Shown: piece after piece, positions 30,881 through 39,739 of the stretch
Layout: each line of letters opens with the position of its first letter
Position numbering within the stretch: position 1 is the stretch's first letter
NCBI GenBank assembly: GCA_965205025.1
Contig: CBDBFU010000009.1
Coordinates: 170,218-234,217 of the forward strand
DNA: 64,000 bases
Reading direction: 5' to 3'
From: Candidatus Poribacteria bacterium
Lineage (GTDB): Bacteria > Poribacteria > WGA-4E > WGA-3G
Translations under genes and position numbers: made by a program
Notes under the pieces: model-generated
The model's database searches: none
What the model saw: only the letters and a program-made list of their open reading frames with translations
Told to the model about the DNA's origin: nothing

Positions 30881-31005
30881 GTGCGGTTAGGAAACCGCAC
30901 CTACCGAGTCTATATGAGTGATTTTTTAAGGGAAATGAAGTTTATTTGCCTCTTATCAAACTCACGTAATTTATAGAATTTACTGTAAACAGTCAATTGG
31001 GTAAT

Positions 31006-32158
31006 TTAGGACTGAAATCCGCCAGTATTAAATATGATGATTTTTTCTGAGTGTTTAATGAAACCATTTGTCAGGAGGGGTTTTAATGCTGCAACAGTTG
31101 CAGCACCTTCTGGACAGGTCAACAAACCTTCAGATGTAGGTAGTAATTTCATCGCGTCCTCGATTTCCTCATCTGACACACTTATGGCAGCCCCATTACT
31201 TTTTCGAATTGCCTCCAAAATGAGGAAATCTCCGATAGCTTGAGGTACCCGTAGTCCACTTGCAATAGTATTGGCATCTTTCCACGGTTCAGCATCTGAC
31301 TCCCCATCTGCCCATGCCTTGACAATCGGCGCACATCCTTGTTGATTGGACCGAAATAAATCTCGGTCTTTTCTTTTTAATCCAACCGATAGCCTCTAAT
31401 TCATTAAATCCTTTCCACATTCCTACTATTCCTGTTCCGCCGCCAGTAGGATAGATAATCACATCAGGGAGTTCCCAATCACACTGCTCTGCAAGTTCAA
31501 ATCCCATCGTCTTTTTGCCTTCAACACGGTACGGTTCTTTTAACGTCGAAACATCAAACCAGCCTTCATCAATTTTCCTCTCAGCAACAATCTTACCAGC
31601 ATCAGTAATTAGACCATCAATAAGTGTGACGTTAGCCCCAGCAAGTTCACATGTTTTCTGATTAAAGGATGGAGTATCCTTTGGCATAAAGATGTATGCT
31701 GGAATTCCAGCACTTGCAGCGTATACAGACAAAGCAGTAGCAGCATTTCCCGCTGATGGTATTGCCAATTTATCAATACCGAGAGCTTTTGCCTTAGAAA
31801 CTGCCATGGCTAATCCACGCGCCTTGAAACTACCCGTCGGTAAACGTGATTCATCCTTTACCCATAAATTATCTAATCCAAAATGTTCTCCGAGTCGGTT
31901 GGTATGTATTAATGGTGTAACTGTCTCTCCAAGTGAGACAATATCCTCATCATTTTGTATTGGGAGTAGTTCTTTATACCTCCATAAAGAGTTGGGTCTT
32001 GTATGGAGATCTTCAGGTTTCCAACTATTGGTTAGTTTATCCAGGGCATAACGTGCAAACAGTGGTTTTCCACACGAATGACACACATTTTGTGGTTCTG
32101 TATGAGGGTAGGTAGCATTACATTTACTACACTCAAGGTGTTGTATATAACTATTCAT
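31006..32158 (-). pseudogene. thrC: Threonine synthase, split by a +1 frameshift at ~31339 (probably an assembly error)
   Basis: CxxC...CxxC N-terminus, PTGSFKARG, SAGNA, EGKKT, PTGGG; removing one T restores QSTGCAPIVKAW...CPEGAA (383 aa). Confidence 0.88.
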
Positions 32159-32245
32159 GAATTATGTTTGCTGGAATTGAATTTGTAAGTCTTTACTGAT
32201 TTACTAATTCAATATGATTGAAGGAGATTTACTTCATTGTAATTC

Positions 32246-33184
32246 TTAGGATTGCGACAGAAGATTAAGCATGATTGCTTTCATGCTATGAAGACGATTT
32301 TCTGATTGTTCAAAGATAACTGAACGGGGGTCATCGAGGAGATCACCATGAATTTCATAACCACGATGTGCAGGTAGACAATGCATAATATGGCAATCAA
32401 GACCGTTTAGTAAATCTTGATTTAGTTGATAAGGCATCATCTTTTGGATCCGTCGTTCTCGTTCTTCTGCAAAATTGGGATCTGTGAAGAATTCCATATC
32501 TACCCAGGTATCGGTATAGACGACATCACATTCAGATATAATTTCTTGTAGCATATCGAAATTATCAATGGTTTCTGTATCAACCGGTTGATAGCATTCC
32601 TTCTGTTCTGCTTCTGACCATAACTCCTTATCAATAGCAGCAGGATTTATTTCTGGTGCAATAACTGTAACTTCCAATCCGACCTTCATACCAGCAGCAA
32701 TGAGTGAATTGCATACATTATTGTGAACACCGACAAAACATACTTTTACCCCATCCAACTTACCCAGATGTTCCTGAATTGTCATTAGGTCACCAATAGC
32801 CTGTGTAGGATGATACTTATCACAACACCCATTAATTATAGGTACGTTAGCTGCTTTGGCTGCATCTAACATATCATCATGCTTCAAGAATCTGGCTAAT
32901 ATAATATCTACATACGCAGATAAGACCCTAATTTCATCACTTAGGTCAGCAATACCAAAGTTGGTTGATCTCCAATCTAAGTAGTGTGCATGTCCACCAA
33001 GTTGTACGATGCCAATTTCACCTGCACAACGTGTCCGTGTTGATGTTTTTTGAAATAGGAGTCCGAGGCTTAATGCTTCTGCTGTGTGTCTGTATTTTTC
33101 AGGTTGATTTTTGATCTTGAGACAATCTTCTACGGTTTCTTGGATTTGCGAGTCGCTCCATTCTTTTAATGTAACTAAATGCAT
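32246..33184 (-). CDS. argF: Ornithine carbamoyltransferase-family transcarbamylase
   Basis: STRTR, HPTQ, HCLP, ENRLH; GGAG SD before ATG 33184; SMG loop replaced by DME. Confidence 0.82.
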   Translation of the reverse strand: MHLVTLKEWSDSQIQETVEDCLKIKNQPEKYRHTAEALSLGLLFQKTSTRTRCAGEIGIVQLGGHAHYLDWRSTNFGIADLSDEIRVLSAYVDIILARFLKHDDMLDAAKAANVPIINGCCDKYHPTQAIGDLMTIQEHLGKLDGVKVCFVGVHNNVCNSLIAAGMKVGLEVTVIAPEINPAAIDKELWSEAEQKECYQPVDTETIDNFDMLQEIISECDVVYTDTWVDMEFFTDPNFAEERERRIQKMMPYQLNQDLLNGLDCHIMHCLPAHRGYEIHGDLLDDPRSVIFEQSENRLHSMKAIMLNLLSQS

Positions 33185-33613
33185 ATTCGTCTCCACTATT
33201 GGTATATCCACATTTTTTATGCGATTACCCGTATAAGAAACGAATATTATAATCGATTTTTCTATGGTTGTCAAATGAAATCAGGTATGTAATGTATTCG
33301 GTAAGAATATCATACTACCTTTGTGAGTGTAAACAAATCCTAATCTTCATACTCTTGAAACTACATACGCGAAAAATTCTTACAGGTTTGGTTATATATA
33401 ATAATGTAGGATGTGTGGATAATGTGTATGAAAAAGTGTTAATATATATCGTTTTAGACAATAGCACTTTCACGGAAACCTTCACGGAGCAATTTTACGA
33501 AGCCTTATTCTATAAGGGTTTATAATTAAAGTATACCAATTCTCCGTGAATCACATCCGTTAATTATTATATAACTTAAGTACTTATATGTTTTTCATAC
33601 AAAGTGTATTGGG

Positions 33614-33686
33614 ACATAGCACTCCGCTGGAGTGCCAGATTGTTCCGATATTGTTTTCTATAGACATAGTACTCCCGCTGGAGTAC
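33614..33686. repeat. Tandem pair of REP-like hairpins
   Basis: ACATAGCACTCCGCTGGAGTGC and ACATAGTACTCCCGCTGGAGTAC, 50 bp apart, with a compensatory stem change. Confidence 0.72.
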
Positions 33687-34245
33687 GGTATTTTTGATAT
33701 AGAAAACTCCAAAAAATAGACTTATCATTAGATTCTCAGTTTCCCTTAAATAGAATTATCAAAATTATAGTAGTAAAGAATAAGCTGTAATTCTCGAAAG
33801 GGTGTGTAAAGTTTTTGGCATGAATATCACGGATCATAGGGTAATTAACTTATAGTTGGTAGTTTTTTAGTTGTTCACAATAGTTATATTTATGTTTTCT
33901 ATATGTTGAATAAAGTTACACTTTTTGTCACACGGTGTGACATTGATAAAATCCCTCTCCCGTTAGTCCTACACTAAGTTTATAGCCACTTTTTTTAAGT
34001 TACAAGAATTTGCAAAAATGATAACTTTTGTGTCTTTTACTTTCCTCATAAACCATTGATTTGGATATTTTATGTTAATTTTTTTACCTTCCATTTTGAT
34101 AGATATTAGAACATCTCTTATAAATCGTATATTTGTAGAATTCTTTGAATTCGTCATTTGCTATATATTGAACAAACGGACGGAGAAACAATGTTTATCC
34201 CATGAATAGTTGTTAAAGCATGGCTTGAAATACTGCATAAACTGG

Positions 34246-34346
34246 ATGAAGATTAATTTATTAAATCGGTAATATACGGGCGGGTTAACCCCGCCCCTAC
34301 GATAATTTTATGGACTGGATTACCGAAATATTTACTTAATCCTCAT
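34246..34346. mobile_element. 101-bp MITE (ATGAAG family), copy 2
   Basis: ATGAAGATTAA...TTAATCCTCAT; flanks GCATAAACTGG and GAAGTTTATGCTAC form a split REP; cargo GGGCGGGTTAACCCCGCCCCTAC at 34278-34300. Confidence 0.8.
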
Positions 34347-34562
34347 GAAGTTTATGCTACATCAAAGAGATTTTAATTATCGGTAACGGTATTGTAACGA
34401 TATAGTATTATACAATTTTATTTTCATTTTGACAAATATTTTTATATTATTGTGATATATGTGTATTTGTTGTTAGATATTTATATTTTCTTCATTTTAT
34501 TTTAAATTTCTTAATAATGATCACCCATTATTAATTAAAGAAACCCCCTAAATCCCCCTTAT

Positions 34563-34675
34563 ATGAAGATTAAAATAATAATTCGGTAATGTGTTAGTAA
34601 TTCGGTTCGGTTAGGAAACCGAACCTACCAAGTTTGGGAAAATGGGAATTACCGAATTTAAAACTTAATCCTCAT
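34563..34675. mobile_element. 113-bp MITE (ATGAAG family), copy 3
   Basis: Same TIRs and inner CGGTAAT/ATTACCG; flanks ATCCCCCTTAT and TCAGGGGAT form a split hairpin; cargo GTTCGGTTAGGAAACCGAACCTAC. Confidence 0.78.
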
Positions 34676-34690
34676 TCAGGGGATCACTAT

Positions 34691-34733
34691 GAGTATTCAT
34701 AATGGGAACTATTTAAATAGAAATGGTATTATT
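34691..34733 (+). repeat. ~43-bp direct repeat (second copy 36887-36928) ending in the GAAATGGTAT element end
   Basis: Identical 29-bp core GGAACTATTTAAATAGAAATGGTATTATT in both copies. Confidence 0.8.
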
Positions 34734-34915
34734 TTAAATTTATTCAATAAATATCCTTTTGGTAAATCAGAGAGGGATATTAAAAGTCATTAGTATACTG
34801 AAGAAGAAACAGTTAATGGTAATCCTGAACGGATGTATTTGGAATTGGGATTTCATTGGTGTTTTGTCAAGTGATAAGAAGTTCAATTATCTGTATATTT
34901 CTGTCGAAGTCCTGT

Positions 34916-34944
34916 TTGACAACCTTAAATCAGTGTGTTAAAAT
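34916..34944 (+). promoter_or_regulatory. Sigma70-type promoter of lpdA
   Basis: TTGACA-17 bp-TAAAAT with extended -10 TG. Confidence 0.65.
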
Positions 34945-34971
34945 AACATACATTTGAGATGAGGAGTTCTT

Positions 34972-36348
34972 ATGTCTGTGTTTGATGTTGGCATTGTCGG
35001 TGGAGGACCAGGGGGTTATGTTGCAGCTATCAAAGCTGCCCAACTTGGTGGTTCAGTTTGTCTGATAGAAAAAAATGAATTGGGTGGGACTTGTTTAAAC
35101 AGAGGATGTATACCGACTAAAACACTTTATTCAGTAGCACACCTTGCGGAACAAGTTCATAATACCCAAACACTTAATATACAGAATGCTTCCGTTGATT
35201 ATTCAAAGACATTGGAACATAAGACGCAAGTGATTGAGAAGTTGAAGGGTGGGATAGCTCAACTTCTTAAAGCAAACAATATACAAACATTGAATGGTAC
35301 TGCTACACTTACTGATAAAAATACAATTGCAATTGAAAAAAGTGATGGTACCAGTGAAGAAATATCGGTTAAAAATGTAATCATTGCCACCGGATCTGAA
35401 CCTGCTGAACCACCTATTTTCGAAATTGATGAAACCGATGTCTTGACGACTACAGGTATCCTTAATCTAACTGAAATACCTGAGAGTCTCCTAATTGTCG
35501 GTGGTGGTGTTTCTGGGTGTGAATTTGCTTCTATATTTGCGGCATTGGGATGTGATGTGACCGTTGTGGAACTGCTTCCTACTATCTTAGCAACGGAAGA
35601 TGTACAGGTGATTCGACATATCCAGCTTTTTATGAAGCGGAAGGGAATTAAATTTCATACAGAAGCAAATATTACCCAAATAAGTAAAACTGAATCTGGA
35701 GTGACAACAACACTTGAATCGGGTGAAGACCTCACAGCACAAAAATTATTGGTTTCGATTGGTAGGCGTTTCAATTCTGAAGGATTAGGATTAGAAAAGG
35801 TGGGTATACAAACAGAAAATGGTAAGATACTTGTGGATGATAAGATGATGACAAACATTCCGGGGATTTATGCTGTGGGAGATGTTGCCAGTCGATATCT
35901 CTTGGCTCATGTAGCATCGGCAGAAGGAAAAGTTGCAGCACAAAACTGTATGGGTAAAACCACCGAGATGGATTACCAAGTGATTCCGTGGTGTGTGTTT
36001 ACTTTACCAGAAATTGGTCATGTTGGTATGACAGAAAAGGAAGCAACAGATGAGGGTTATGAAGTTAAGGTGGGTAGATTTCCGTATGCAGCGAGTGGAA
36101 TGGCTCTTGGGATGGCAGAATCAGATGGATTTGTTAAAACTGTTGCTGATGCGGATAGTGGTGATATTCTTGGGGTTCATATTGTGGGTGTCCATGCTTC
36201 AACCTTGATCCATGAAGCTGCTGTTGCTGTTCGTGTAGGTGCATCTGTAGAAGATATTGCCCATACTGTTCATGCACATCCTACACTATCTGAAATGGTT
36301 ATGGAATCCGCTGAAGCAGCCTATGACCGCGCGATTCATGTGTTATAA
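34972..36348 (+). CDS. lpdA: Dihydrolipoamide dehydrogenase
   Basis: GGGPGGYVAA, GGTCLNRGCIPTK, LAHVA, HAHPTLSE. Confidence 0.96.
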   Translation: MSVFDVGIVGGGPGGYVAAIKAAQLGGSVCLIEKNELGGTCLNRGCIPTKTLYSVAHLAEQVHNTQTLNIQNASVDYSKTLEHKTQVIEKLKGGIAQLLKANNIQTLNGTATLTDKNTIAIEKSDGTSEEISVKNVIIATGSEPAEPPIFEIDETDVLTTTGILNLTEIPESLLIVGGGVSGCEFASIFAALGCDVTVVELLPTILATEDVQVIRHIQLFMKRKGIKFHTEANITQISKTESGVTTTLESGEDLTAQKLLVSIGRRFNSEGLGLEKVGIQTENGKILVDDKMMTNIPGIYAVGDVASRYLLAHVASAEGKVAAQNCMGKTTEMDYQVIPWCVFTLPEIGHVGMTEKEATDEGYEVKVGRFPYAASGMALGMAESDGFVKTVADADSGDILGVHIVGVHASTLIHEAAVAVRVGASVEDIAHTVHAHPTLSEMVMESAEAAYDRAIHVL

Positions 36349-36515
36349 GTTGGCTTACAATAGTTATCTTGTATACATTCAATGTTACTGTATTTACAGC
36401 AGCATTTCTAAATGATGATTACTCATTACTAATTGGCTATAGTTTTGACAATCATCAGATATTTTAGGTTGATCTGGTACTAAAGCAACTAATTGAATTA
36501 GAACGACATTAATAC

Positions 36516-36741
36516 ACATTTCGCCCCGTTGGGCTTGCTTGGTGGATTTCACCGTTTTCTACATACATTTCGCCCCGCTGGGGCTTCTAATATTTCAAAT
36601 TGAAGTATTTTCTTTGAGTAAATTATGTGTGTATTACAGACAGAAATACATCTATCTTTGAAATATAAACATCCCGTCCCTACAGGACTCAAGATAGTGG
36701 ATAAACACGTTTTCTATAGACATTTCGTCCCTACGGGGACT
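36516..36741. repeat. Two tandem pairs of REP-like hairpins
   Basis: ACATTTCGCCCCG(T/C)TGGG(G)C twice and ACAT(CC/TT)CGTCCCTAC(A/G)GG(G)ACT twice; ~50 bp spacing within each pair. Confidence 0.75.
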
Positions 36742-36947
36742 CATAAATATGTATATGGTAATTCCAGTTTTAGATAAGTCATAATGTAAATCTATCAATT
36801 GAAAATGGTATAACATAACTACAGCTTAAAATGTCCTAACTAAAGTAATTGAAGAAATCCTAAACTCTTATGATTGAGACTACTAAGAGTATTCATACTG
36901 GAACTATTTAAATAGAAATGGTATTATTAGTTTTTGATCAATAGAAA

Positions 36948-37652
36948 TCATTTCTCATTTTTAATCCTCTCTTCTGCAATTTTTACATACTTATTATCTA
37001 AATCACATCCAGCGAATGTACGGTAGTTTCTAACGGCTGCAACACCTGTTGTTCCAGAACCAAGAAATGGGTCTACGACCAAATCCCCAGTGTTACTATG
37101 TTTGCGTACCAAATCTTCAAAGAGCAATAAAGGTTTTTGGGTTGGATGTAATCTATTTCCTTTGTGCCTTGGAATAGGATATTCGTAAATACCTGAATCA
37201 TACTCGCTATTGAATGTTGGTTTCCCAACCTTAACTCCAGAAACTGCCATCTCCCGACTGTTTGATAAATAAGTAGATCTCATATTGAGAGGAACAGGAT
37301 TGGTTTTTTGCCAGATGATTAATCGAATCATTTTGAAACCAGCAGATTCCATTGCATCCTTTAGTTTTCCAATTTTCCAAATATCATACCAGACGATAGC
37401 AGTTCCACCCCGCCGCAAGGAATTATAAAACAATTTTGCCATATCCTGCAGGTTTACTTCTGTCTGATCCCACTTTCCAAAATCCATACTAACAGCGAAT
37501 CTTTTTTCACCATTTACTACCGCCGAGAATCCTGTCTTTTTGCTGATACAGTACGGTGGATCAGTAAGGATAAGATCAACCGATTTCTTTGGAAAGGTTG
37601 TCATAAAGTCTTGATAATCAGCATTCTCAATACGGTATTCAGGTGGTATCAT
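36948..37652 (-). CDS. Orphan N4/N6 DNA methyltransferase (beta class)
   Basis: DPPY precedes HPTQKP and DPFLGSGTT; no endonuclease ORF adjacent. Confidence 0.92.
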   Translation of the reverse strand: MIPPEYRIENADYQDFMTTFPKKSVDLILTDPPYCISKKTGFSAVVNGEKRFAVSMDFGKWDQTEVNLQDMAKLFYNSLRRGGTAIVWYDIWKIGKLKDAMESAGFKMIRLIIWQKTNPVPLNMRSTYLSNSREMAVSGVKVGKPTFNSEYDSGIYEYPIPRHKGNRLHPTQKPLLLFEDLVRKHSNTGDLVVDPFLGSGTTGVAAVRNYRTFAGCDLDNKYVKIAEERIKNEK

Positions 37653-37870
37653 AGGAGTTGCCTTATAGTTTAATTAACGGGTGTTAATTTTGTAGATACT
37701 TTTATTTTAGCATAAATACATACATTGATTCCAGAATATTTTGATCGAATGAACATGCCTGCCTTTATGATAGTTGATACTATCATAATACCTGTGTCAT
37801 TTAGTTTTAGATTACAACGTACGATTGTTAGGATGGAAAGGTATTATTACGGATGGATGAAACTCGGATT

Positions 37871-38173
37871 TTAATCTCGTGGTTTGCAGTCTACACGAAC
37901 TTTTACCTAAGATTGCCAATTATAGGTTTCAGCAAATTCTGTAACAGTTCGTTTCGCTCTATCCTCAAATTTCTCTAAATCCACTTTATCTATGTCTTTT
38001 GAATAACGTATAATTAAAATGATGGTTTTACCATCACCTGATGGAACATATACTTTACTGATTTTAGTACCGGAATCGACATCAAGATACGGTGCGAATG
38101 TATTTAACTGATATGCTAACCATTCTAATCGCGTAGGGATATATTTTTCAAATCCTGGTGATATATTCAACAT
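37871..38173 (-). CDS. Hypothetical protein, possibly interrupted by an in-frame TAG at 37907-37909
   Basis: AAGGA upstream; YIPTRLEWLA...YNWQS*VKVRVDCKPRD; frame stays open after the TAG. Confidence 0.5.
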
Positions 38174-38246
38174 GAGTATTCCTTTTGAAAATATAAGGTT
38201 AATGCTGATCTTAATCTTGAAAATTTAGCGAAGTAATATAATTAAT

Positions 38247-39152
38247 TCAGAACTTAGCTATTTCCTGAAGTTCCTGGTACCGTGACTCTATTTCATCTTC
38301 TGTAACCGTCTTATGTCGATTAATTGCGAAATCTTCAATATTGAATGATGCTATGACCGAACCGTATATCATGGCTTTTCGGATTGATGATTCTGTGGTG
38401 TCCCCAACTGATGCGAGATAACCGATGAATCCACCAGCAAAACAATCGCCTGCTCCAGTTGGATCAATGACTTCTGTAAGTGGATATGCTGGTGCACTGA
38501 AAAATGAGGATTCAGTAATACTGATTGCACCATGTTCTCCCTTTTTAATGATAACACGTTCTGGTCCAATCTGTAAAATCCTATTTGCAGCTTTAATTAA
38601 ATTCGATTCGCCTGTTAACAGTCTTGCTTCACTATCGTTGAGTATGAGGATGTCTACATGTTGTATTGTTTTATCTAACGCATCACGTTCCTCATTTATC
38701 CAGAAATCCATCGTATCGCACACAATTAATTTAGGATTTGATGCTTGTTGTATGATATCCAATTGTAACTGTGGTGGGTCATTTGCCAAGAAGATATATG
38801 GCGTTTCTTTGTATGAATCGGGTAAAATTGGATGAAAGTCAAGAACAACATTTAACTCCGTAAATAGCGTATCACGGATATTGAAGTCATCAGAATATCT
38901 ACCACCCCATCGGAATGTTTTTCCGTTTTCTACCCGTCTGAGTCCTTCAAGGTCGACCCCATGTGTTTTGAGGATGTCAGTATAATCTTGTGGAAAATCA
39001 TCTCCCACGACACTGACAAGTCGAATAGTATCATCAAAGAAACTGGCAGCTACTGCAGCATACATTCCAGAACCACCTAAAACGTCTTCAACTCTTTTTT
39101 CAGGTGTTTCTACTGTATCTAATGTAACTGTACCAAGTACTAATACTCCCAT
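38247..39152 (-). CDS. PfkB-family carbohydrate/nucleoside kinase
   Basis: LGGSG, DTMDFWI, NDSEAR, KKGEHGA, DPTGAGDCFAGG. Confidence 0.93.
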   Translation of the reverse strand: MGVLVLGTVTLDTVETPEKRVEDVLGGSGMYAAVAASFFDDTIRLVSVVGDDFPQDYTDILKTHGVDLEGLRRVENGKTFRWGGRYSDDFNIRDTLFTELNVVLDFHPILPDSYKETPYIFLANDPPQLQLDIIQQASNPKLIVCDTMDFWINEERDALDKTIQHVDILILNDSEARLLTGESNLIKAANRILQIGPERVIIKKGEHGAISITESSFFSAPAYPLTEVIDPTGAGDCFAGGFIGYLASVGDTTESSIRKAMIYGSVIASFNIEDFAINRHKTVTEDEIESRYQELQEIAKF

Positions 39153-39237
39153 CTGATGCTCCAATAGTTGTTGGTTATTAGTTAATAGTTAATAGTTGTT
39201 ATACCATCACAGTATATGTACTCATCTGCACAAAAAC

Positions 39238-39261
39238 AACGTCGAGATAAATCTCGACGTT
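39238..39261 (-). terminator. Probable intrinsic terminator
   Basis: Palindrome AACGTCGAGAT-AA-ATCTCGACGTT followed on the minus strand by GTTTTT, 40 bp after the stop at 39302. Confidence 0.5.
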
Positions 39262-39301
39262 ATACATGATGAGACATTTTCAATATAAGCACAATCCGGT
39301 T

Positions 39302-39532
39302 TTAAAACTTTCCGGGACGATCTTTGTTCTCGCGGACTGCATGGATGATTCGACGCAATCGTCGTACCAGAATAGCACCCAACACGACAAGTAAAGGATA
39401 CTGTAGGAAACGGAGGAATGACGCTATAGAGGGTGAAAACTCAACTCTACCAGATTGTGCTAACCACACCGGTAAAAAAAGCACTACAATAATAAGGAGT
39501 ATTACACTCTCAATTACCTCTGGTTTTTTCAT
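39302..39532 (-). CDS. Small two-TM membrane protein
   Basis: Two hydrophobic helices and an Arg-rich tail; GAGG SD. Confidence 0.7.
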   Translation of the reverse strand: MKKPEVIESVILLIIVVLFLPVWLAQSGRVEFSPSIASFLRFLQYPLLVVLGAILVRRLRRIIHAVRENKDRPGKF

Positions 39533-39552
39533 GGATATTCCTCTATAACACC

Positions 39553-39729
39553 CATAGGCGTCAATTTAGTGCTTAGATTAAATGAAAAATGGACTCTTTT
39601 GTATGAGTGATCTCTGAATCACGACACCCAATTACAGTCGGGAATCGGAGTTCCCTCCTACAGAAGAGAAGATCGGGGATTGGAATCCCCTGCTACAGCA
39701 GAATATAATCCTAAAATTAACACTAATAG
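39553..39729. mobile_element. MITE with IS4-type ends carrying GTAG REPs
   Basis: CATAGGCGTCAATTTAG (39553-39569) is the exact reverse complement of the IS4 IRR; degenerate right end near 39711-39729; REPs at 39637-39661 and 39672-39696. Confidence 0.65.
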
Positions 39730-39739
39730 AATCAAATTC

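Noticed and set aside
33268-34941. Short ORFs 33268-33525, 33969-34157 and 34759-34941
   Set aside because: No convincing SD, composition typical of AT-rich non-coding DNA, no motifs
36516-36741. Four short palindromic repeats resembling a mini CRISPR array
   Set aside because: Two different repeat sequences, irregular spacing (~50/100/50 bp), dispersed copies elsewhere in the window, no cas genes; better explained as REP-like doublets
39165-39200. TAGTTAA heptamer tandem repeat
   Set aside because: Only 3-4 imperfect units of low complexity; no function supportable from the sequence
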